Made by a program: the position numbers and the translations under genes
In this document: in pieces, positions 57,475 through 64,000 of the stretch
Layout: every line of letters begins with the position of its first letter
Position numbering within the stretch: the stretch's first letter is position 1
Virus record (IMG/VR): IMGVR_UViG_3300028549_001461
Coordinates: 1-64,000 of that record
Origin: a virus
Direction: 5' to 3' (one strand)
DNA: 64,000 nt
Notes under the pieces: generated by a model
The model's input: only the letters and a program-made list of their open reading frames with translations
The model's database searches: none
What the model was told of the DNA's origin: nothing

Positions 57475-57870
57475 ATGTTTCCAATAATGTGTGATATTTG
57501 TGGTAACAGTTTATTTTTTGATTACCATACAACTATCGAGGAGTATCTTCCCAAGGTTAATTACATGCAGAATACTCTAAAAGATATTTGTGATGTCGCT
57601 CTCGATTCTCACTTAAGTTATAATTGTACTCATTGTGCTGAAAAGTTCAAATATACTTTTAAAGAAGTGGAACTAAAACTTATAGATACTATAAAAAAAG
57701 ATGTAAAAAGATATAGAAAGATATATGTATTTAAAAATATAATCAACCCTATGAACATAGACCCAGATAATGGCTTGGTTTTTTGTGGTATTTGTGATGG
57801 TGTGGATAATTTAGGTAATTGCTATAATGACATAAAAAATGTATGCCCTTTGGTAAAAAATGAGCTATAA
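57475..57870 (+). CDS. Zn-ribbon protein
   Basis: 131 aa; CDIC, CTHC, CGIC...C...CP; AGGAGG SD. Confidence 0.7.
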   Translation: MFPIMCDICGNSLFFDYHTTIEEYLPKVNYMQNTLKDICDVALDSHLSYNCTHCAEKFKYTFKEVELKLIDTIKKDVKRYRKIYVFKNIINPMNIDPDNGLVFCGICDGVDNLGNCYNDIKNVCPLVKNEL

Positions 57871-60800
57871 TTTTCTTAAAGATGCTAAATCAATTAATAA
57901 CTCTACCCTTTGTAGATATGATTCTAATAGTGGTTATTTTACTGATTTCTCAAATAATGGGAATGTAAATGGTTGGACTATATACAACAACATATATATG
58001 TACGGTTGTTGGAATAATATATTATTTGGGTCTGCATATCTACCAGAATGTTACATAGGTAGAACAGAAGTATTTCTCTCGGTTAATGCTGAGAACTATT
58101 TTTTTATAGAATTTATTCTTAAAGTAGTGGACGAAAACCCTTCTAAAGTAGTTAAAGGATTAAAGAGGGGAAAAATAATGTGGCAACGTACAGACGATAT
58201 CACGTGGGCTGAAGATCGTACTATTTATTTTGATATAACAGGTATAAATACTTGGGAATACTACAAGTTAAATTTAGGTCCTTATAAATGGTGGCAAGGT
58301 GATATAAATAACTTACGTTTCTACCCTTTTGTTGATGCTCATACAGGTGATAAATTTTTTTTAAAGACTTTAAAAATTGTATCTGAAGATTATTGGATGT
58401 GTGTAAACACTTCCTGTTCGTATTACCAATTTTATGACCACCCTTGCCAAGGGGCTGGTAGAAGATTTTTTTGTGAATCTGTCGCTAAACTGCCTTTGTA
58501 TAATATTTTAAAAGGTACAAATAGTGAATTGCTTATTGATATTGATAACTATGGTATAGAAAGAATTGAGTTAGGTAACCATGTTAATATCTCAGGTAAT
58601 GATTTAGCCAGAGTGATTGGTAATAGTTTAAGTATGATTAATTTAGGTGGTTATTCTTTTGCGCAGGTTGACTATACAGATAATAATACATTTAAAATTT
58701 ACAGTGGTACAAATAGATTTGATAGTAGTGTAGTTTTGGTATATTCAGAGGCTGCCGAAGAACTTGGTTTTTTTAACTCAAAGAAAGAAAGCATTTACTA
58801 CACAGAAGTCGGGGAAGACCCTGCAACTGGCTTTGATTATGCTAGTACTAAATTATTACAAACATTCGAAATTAATGCCTTAGTTAATGGATCTAGTGAC
58901 ATAGCTTACATTCACAATCCTTCACAATATTCTGTAGAGGGTGGTAGGCGAGATTTCAATGAGATAGGTACTTCTAATCTTATATCTGAGTTAAATGATG
59001 TTACAGGATATGTGTCGTTCGATAATACAGGTAAAACCATTATAGACTTATCTAAAAAAATAGATAATAATGGTAAAATATCACATTTTTGGGTATACGG
59101 AAAACTTTACACTGGTGCATCTTTAAAAATACTGCGTCCGCATAATGATGGTAGCTTTTCTGTTGTGCATAGCATAAATCTACCAATGGAAGATCCTACT
59201 AAACTTTACACATCAAACCCAATTGTATCACGTGTTGATTGTGATGTTTTAGTTAATAAAGGAGATATTCTTGGAGTTTATAGTGTTGATATTTATGTAG
59301 GTCAAACAGCTTCAAACTTACCTGATGCGACGTTTATACAATTTAATGGAGATGTTAGTGGTAGAATTTATCCGGACATATCTTATTCATATGGTGTGGG
59401 TGGTTTTGCTATCTACGCCAGAGGGGATTTAAAACAAAATAATACTATTTTAGATATTGATTTAGGTTATAGATTAAATGTATCTGAATTTACAGTTTCG
59501 GGCGAAGAATTAGAAGGTTTTTATGAATTTAATTTAGCTTCTTGTTTAGATGTCACATGGTCTGTAGATCTTTTCGGAGAGACACACAATCATTCTGGTA
59601 TTTACTTATACACAGGTTATGGTTGGACAGATACACACACAAATATATATTATGGTAAATCTTGCCTTGATGATTTAATAGTAACAGCTGATAATGGCAA
59701 AGCTGGGGATATTTACACACAAGACAATGGTCTTGCTACATCAGGAGATCATTCTTACTTCTATGTCAACGGTGATTGCGAGTGGCCTTATAGTTTAGAG
59801 TGTACAGGTCTTACAGAGTATTGCGGAGGGAAATTACCACAAGGTGGAGCGTATAATTATACTACAGACCCAATATCTTTTACTTTATTTTTTCCAGCAG
59901 AACATGAATTTGATGTTCATAAAAGTATAATGTATTTTAAAGAAGAAAATAATTTTAAAAATATTGCCCTTTCTACTTATGGTGGTTCTTATCATTTTTC
60001 TGGAAATGCTGATAAAATTGAGTACGACCTTATCCCAGAATATAAGTATATTTATATAAATGGTGTTAGGTATTCTCTCGGAGATAATGATAACATAGAT
60101 AGGTATCTTTTCAAAAACCCAGCATCTAATGATTTATATAGTTCGTATTACACAGATGAAAGTAAGACAGCTGATCACATAGCTACTCATTTTGTTGATT
60201 GGAATATACTATCTCATGAGTTTGAGCCCATAAAATGTAAAGGTTTTAGAATATACTGCAACAACCACAATAGTACTAAAATTACAGAACTTGAGGTATA
60301 TTCAAGGATAGAAAATGATGTTTCTATGGTAGATAACACAATACTTCATTTTTCGGATTACAAAGATATATGGAGAACAACAGGTTTTAAAAAAATTGAT
60401 GCAAAAACTACTAGTGCCTTTATAGGAGGAACACCTAGATATTTTAGAGTTTATTTGGAATCTCAAACAGTTTTTAATATGAGAGAACTTATTATATCAA
60501 CTACTGAACAAAATTACGCAGATAATGATTTAGTTTTACTTGAAGATACACGCCAAGGTACCTTTGGAAATAGTAGGGCTTTACAAGTTACTAATACTTA
60601 TGATAAGGCGTTTGATTTAACTATAGACATACCAAGAGACTTAGTTAACAATAATAATATTGTTTTTTGGAATACACTAAATTCTTTGGAAGCTTTGAAA
60701 GATTCAGAATTTGGGCCATCATGTTTGCTATATAAAAACTTGGACTATCCAATTGTTTATAGCAGGGGTCAATGTGCAAATAACTGCTTTAGTTATGCTT

Positions 60801-63800
60801 TAAATAACATTGCTAGTGGTAAAAGTGCCTATTATAGTTATAACAACTATGATTGGTTCTACTACGGTACTGTTTCTTCGGGCATCCCCTTGAATTTTGA
60901 CAACACTACCTATCAAGGTAGAAATAATTATGAGGGGGCTATAACACCAGTTTCCAGTAAATTTTGGAGATTTGTATTATTAAATTCGGATAGAGTTATT
61001 GTTTTAAATGATATTCTTGTTTTTTACCAATCTACTCGTATACCTATTAATAAAATTTTATTACCTGATTTAACACCAGGATATGGTACGTCATACATCT
61101 CTTCTGATGGTTCTAATATACCTACTTTTTATATTTTAAAAGACTCTTTTTCTCTTGGTACTTGGGATGAATTTAGTATTTTTGGAAGTAAGAATCCAAC
61201 GGTTTCTATTTCAAATAATACTTATATGCATATTCTTGGTAGGACTGGTGATATAAATTTATCTACTTATGTTTTTGAAGGTACTAATAATTTTGAATTT
61301 AATATACATTATAAAATACCCTATGCTACCACAGTTAATATACCAGATGATAGTAGTTGTAAATTTGAATTCTACAATAATGTTTCTCGTAAAGTTTTTT
61401 ATTTAGTTTGGGCTACAACCTCTGCAGTAGCTAATTCATCCTGTAATAGTTCTGCTCACACGTTTAAAATATTTTTTGAAGACACTCAGGTCTATTCTAA
61501 TAATTCATTAGGGTGTTATTTTAACACAGCGCAGATAAACAAAATCTGTCTTAGAAAAGCTGGTAATTGGGTTTCTTTATATTTAGGAGAACATATATAC
61601 ATCACAACTTTTGCATATACCGGTTCTGATATTATAACATCCTTCTACTTTAGAGTTAGTTCTCAGATAACTTCTATTGATATTTATCGTTTAGATTTTA
61701 TATATAAAGTGCTTTTAAGTAAAAATTCATGGGTATCTATTGAGTTAAAAGACAACACACCTTTAGACAAACTTCAATTGATTGCTACGGGTGCTACACT
61801 AACTTTAGATACTCAAACTAGTACTAATAATATTAGTTATTCTTCTAATAATACCATTGTACTATCTAAATATGATATGTTTATTAGATTTGTACTTGAC
61901 TTAGTTAATAGACATAGTTTATCTATTGTAAGAAATTACGGTATAGGGGAGTTATTTGACATTTCTATACATTTGGACACAATTTTTTCTAATACTTCTG
62001 GTTTTATTTCACAGGCTATTTTTAATTCTACTTATATGGATTGTAGATGGTTATGTATAAAAATACAGTGCTCTGATAATATAATAAAATCTATTGAAAA
62101 ATTAGGTGTATACACAGATATAACAAAAATGTATTGTTTAAATGGTGGTTATAATAATACATGGAGCAATCTTCCTACAAATTTAACTACATATACACCT
62201 ATTATTAATATAGCACTTAATTCAACGGTATCTGGCACTACGTTTTATAATGATAACATACCAGAAAAAGTTAATGATGGTATGTTTACTGATTATACAA
62301 CGGATGCTTGTTGGGCTTTTGAAAAAGGCACAAACCCTAAAATATATTTTGAATTCGGTGCTGAGTATAATGTTGGATCTTTTTCTATACATCCTGGGTA
62401 TTCTCCGTCAATACCTAAAGGTTTTATCAAGTCTTATAAATTTAGTTTGGACAATACTCCTTCTGGAACTTCCAGAACCTGGAGTAATATTTGTCAAGTA
62501 AATGACATAACTACTTCTTCTAAAATAACTTATAATTTTAATTATAGGTATGCCAGAAGAGCTTTAGTAGAAATTTTGGACTTTGATGCTGTACCAGTTT
62601 TTCTTAATGATTATAATTCTTTTGCTACTAATATTTTTCTAGGATACATAAGAGAAATAGAAATTTTCTCAAAGGAACCTTTAGTATATATTAGTAGCGA
62701 AGATTATCCTATAGTATGCTTGGATTTGAGAGACACTTTTCAAGTAGTTGATGTTAAACTTTATAACTCTTTGGTTCAGGGTAGTAACGATCTAACTAAT
62801 ATAAATAATAACTATTGGGATAATAATAGTGAGTTTATAAGTTATTCAGATAGTTTAGTTGACATACCTCATAAGGCTCAATTTATGAGAGGGCAAGATT
62901 ACTCCATAGAATATGAAAATAATATTGATACTGGAGATTTGCAATACTCTATAAAATACTTAATAGATACGTCTATTTTTATAGCCAAAGGACATCATTA
63001 TCTTGATTGGTACGCTTATTATGCTACTAATGTAGAGAGCGTTAGTATTGATTTAGAAGGCTCTGTAACGATTACTTTGTATGCCACTAATTACGGAAGC
63101 GGCTGGAAAAAGCAGACTAGCGAGTTCTTTATTGATTCAGAAGGTTATTTTAATATATATGCAAGACAGAATGTGGACGCTGAGGCTTCGTGGGGAGTTA
63201 AGGATATTTTAATGTATCGTCTTTTTGGACTTACAAAGTGGGTAGCTGTTGTAAGAGATACAGCTACAAATTATTCATATGATTTCCAAGAAGGTAAGTT
63301 TGGTCCTGATTTTTTGGATAAAATAGAAGTGTACGGAGGAGATAAATATGTACCTACAGAGTATTGGTGGTGGTGGAGATCTGATTTAGCTATTTTGTCT
63401 AACGACAGTGTATATACCAAAGTAGGTAAAAGATCTCTTAAAATAAACTATCCAGCAGCTTCTTCTATGGATTTCTTAAGGCTTATAGAGGCAGATCATT
63501 TTGGACAAGATTATGGTTGGTCTCTTTCAGATTCTTTAAGTTTTTACCTATTTATAGATAACATTAATAATATTGATGTTACTTTTGGAAAAATTACATT
63601 AGGTTCTATAAATGGAACAACCTCTGATTTTTATTATTGGTGGGATATAAGTAATCTTAATCTGATTACAGGCTGGAATAAAGTTGTACTTAATTTTTAT
63701 GACTATTCAGGTGTATACCCTATAAATACTACAGGTTACTACACATATATAAAATCTGAATTGAATTTACAAAACAACGGTCGTAATATAACTACGTTTA

Positions 63801-64000
63801 ATATTATGTACAGGGGTACAGGAAATCCTTTAACTATGTTTTTAGACCATATTCATATAAAAAGAAACACGTTTGAAACAACTGTTAAATACTCTAAAGG
63901 GTTGTGCTTAACATATCACGACTATCTCGCAGTGCCTTTATCTAACATTAATTTAGATAAGGGTTCTTTAGAATTTTGGGTTAGAATGGGTGTTGATACT
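57860..64000 (+). CDS. Very large multi-lectin-domain virion protein, 3'-truncated (>2,047 aa; not in the ORF track)
   Basis: ATG at 57860 (MSYNFLKDAKS...); same frame reads as coding wherever I translated it, through to GSLEFWVRMGVDT at the window end; WQGDINNLRFYP carbohydrate-binding-like motif, F5/8-type-C-like NIALN...VNDG...IREIEIF (about 62205-62670), start of a LamG-like domain at the end. Confidence 0.8.
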   Translation, partial: MSYNFLKDAKSINNSTLCRYDSNSGYFTDFSNNGNVNGWTIYNNIYMYGCWNNILFGSAYLPECYIGRTEVFLSVNAENYFFIEFILKVVDENPSKVVKGLKRGKIMWQRTDDITWAEDRTIYFDITGINTWEYYKLNLGPYKWWQGDINNLRFYPFVDAHTGDKFFLKTLKIVSEDYWMCVNTSCSYYQFYDHPCQGAGRRFFCESVAKLPLYNILKGTNSELLIDIDNYGIERIELGNHVNISGNDLARVIGNSLSMINLGGYSFAQVDYTDNNTFKIYSGTNRFDSSVVLVYSEAAEELGFFNSKKESIYYTEVGEDPATGFDYASTKLLQTFEINALVNGSSDIAYIHNPSQYSVEGGRRDFNEIGTSNLISELNDVTGYVSFDNTGKTIIDLSKKIDNNGKISHFWVYGKLYTGASLKILRPHNDGSFSVVHSINLPMEDPTKLYTSNPIVSRVDCDVLVNKGDILGVYSVDIYVGQTASNLPDATFIQFNGDVSGRIYPDISYSYGVGGFAIYARGDLKQNNTILDIDLGYRLNVSEFTVSGEELEGFYEFNLASCLDVTWSVDLFGETHNHSGIYLYTGYGWTDTHTNIYYGKSCLDDLIVTADNGKAGDIYTQDNGLATSGDHSYFYVNGDCEWPYSLECTGLTEYCGGKLPQGGAYNYTTDPISFTLFFPAEHEFDVHKSIMYFKEENNFKNIALSTYGGSYHFSGNADKIEYDLIPEYKYIYINGVRYSLGDNDNIDRYLFKNPASNDLYSSYYTDESKTADHIATHFVDWNILSHEFEPIKCKGFRIYCNNHNSTKITELEVYSRIENDVSMVDNTILHFSDYKDIWRTTGFKKIDAKTTSAFIGGTPRYFRVYLESQTVFNMRELIISTTEQNYADNDLVLLEDTRQGTFGNSRALQVTNTYDKAFDLTIDIPRDLVNNNNIVFWNTLNSLEALKDSEFGPSCLLYKNLDYPIVYSRGQCANNCFSYALNNIASGKSAYYSYNNYDWFYYGTVSSGIPLNFDNTTYQGRNNYEGAITPVSSKFWRFVLLNSDRVIVLNDILVFYQSTRIPINKILLPDLTPGYGTSYISSDGSNIPTFYILKDSFSLGTWDEFSIFGSKNPTVSISNNTYMHILGRTGDINLSTYVFEGTNNFEFNIHYKIPYATTVNIPDDSSCKFEFYNNVSRKVFYLVWATTSAVANSSCNSSAHTFKIFFEDTQVYSNNSLGCYFNTAQINKICLRKAGNWVSLYLGEHIYITTFAYTGSDIITSFYFRVSSQITSIDIYRLDFIYKVLLSKNSWVSIELKDNTPLDKLQLIATGATLTLDTQTSTNNISYSSNNTIVLSKYDMFIRFVLDLVNRHSLSIVRNYGIGELFDISIHLDTIFSNTSGFISQAIFNSTYMDCRWLCIKIQCSDNIIKSIEKLGVYTDITKMYCLNGGYNNTWSNLPTNLTTYTPIINIALNSTVSGTTFYNDNIPEKVNDGMFTDYTTDACWAFEKGTNPKIYFEFGAEYNVGSFSIHPGYSPSIPKGFIKSYKFSLDNTPSGTSRTWSNICQVNDITTSSKITYNFNYRYARRALVEILDFDAVPVFLNDYNSFATNIFLGYIREIEIFSKEPLVYISSEDYPIVCLDLRDTFQVVDVKLYNSLVQGSNDLTNINNNYWDNNSEFISYSDSLVDIPHKAQFMRGQDYSIEYENNIDTGDLQYSIKYLIDTSIFIAKGHHYLDWYAYYATNVESVSIDLEGSVTITLYATNYGSGWKKQTSEFFIDSEGYFNIYARQNVDAEASWGVKDILMYRLFGLTKWVAVVRDTATNYSYDFQEGKFGPDFLDKIEVYGGDKYVPTEYWWWWRSDLAILSNDSVYTKVGKRSLKINYPAASSMDFLRLIEADHFGQDYGWSLSDSLSFYLFIDNINNIDVTFGKITLGSINGTTSDFYYWWDISNLNLITGWNKVVLNFYDYSGVYPINTTGYYTYIKSELNLQNNGRNITTFNIMYRGTGNPLTMFLDHIHIKRNTFETTVKYSKGLCLTYHDYLAVPLSNINLDKGSLEFWVRMGVDT

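Noticed and set aside
62250-62501. 83-aa ORF in the track
   Set aside because: Out-of-frame overlap inside the long ORF starting at 57860
1-64000. Stop-codon reassignment, tRNA/rRNA genes, introns, inteins, IS elements
   Set aside because: TAA, TAG and TGA all end genes cleanly with tight packing under the standard code; intergenic gaps are short; no such signatures were recognised by eye

Overview
An AT-rich (roughly 30% GC by eye), densely coded window in which every credible gene is on the + strand. It reads as the virion morphogenesis region of a large tailed phage, most likely a siphovirus because no sheath gene is visible. Gene order: truncated fibre-like gene, head-tail joining genes, major tail tube protein plus terminator, two paralogous tail assembly chaperones, a 7,659-aa tape measure protein (TMP), tail-tip/hub-like genes, and large Ig/lectin-domain appendage genes. 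The last of these (57860 to >64000, >2,047 aa) is missing from the supplied ORF track because it runs off the window. The main finding is in the giant TMP. Its N-terminal third (about aa 1000-2520) carries, in cellular order, the conserved motifs of both the beta and beta' subunits of two-barrel RNA polymerases, including the catalytic DxDGD (KLDYDGDQ, 18655-18669), both beta lysines (GRKLTTRYGSKGV) and a trigger-loop-like QxxMxxxH. After this come a Pro-rich linker, a TP901-type TMP core, about 13 FAxGG-like motifs, a near-perfect tandem repeat, an HExxH metallopeptidase domain and an 11-residue repeat. I interpret it as a virion-packaged, injected single-chain RNAP-TMP-protease polyprotein. 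The nearest precedent I know is Thermus phage P23-45 gp96. All calls come from motifs read by eye and from gene order; no database searches were run.
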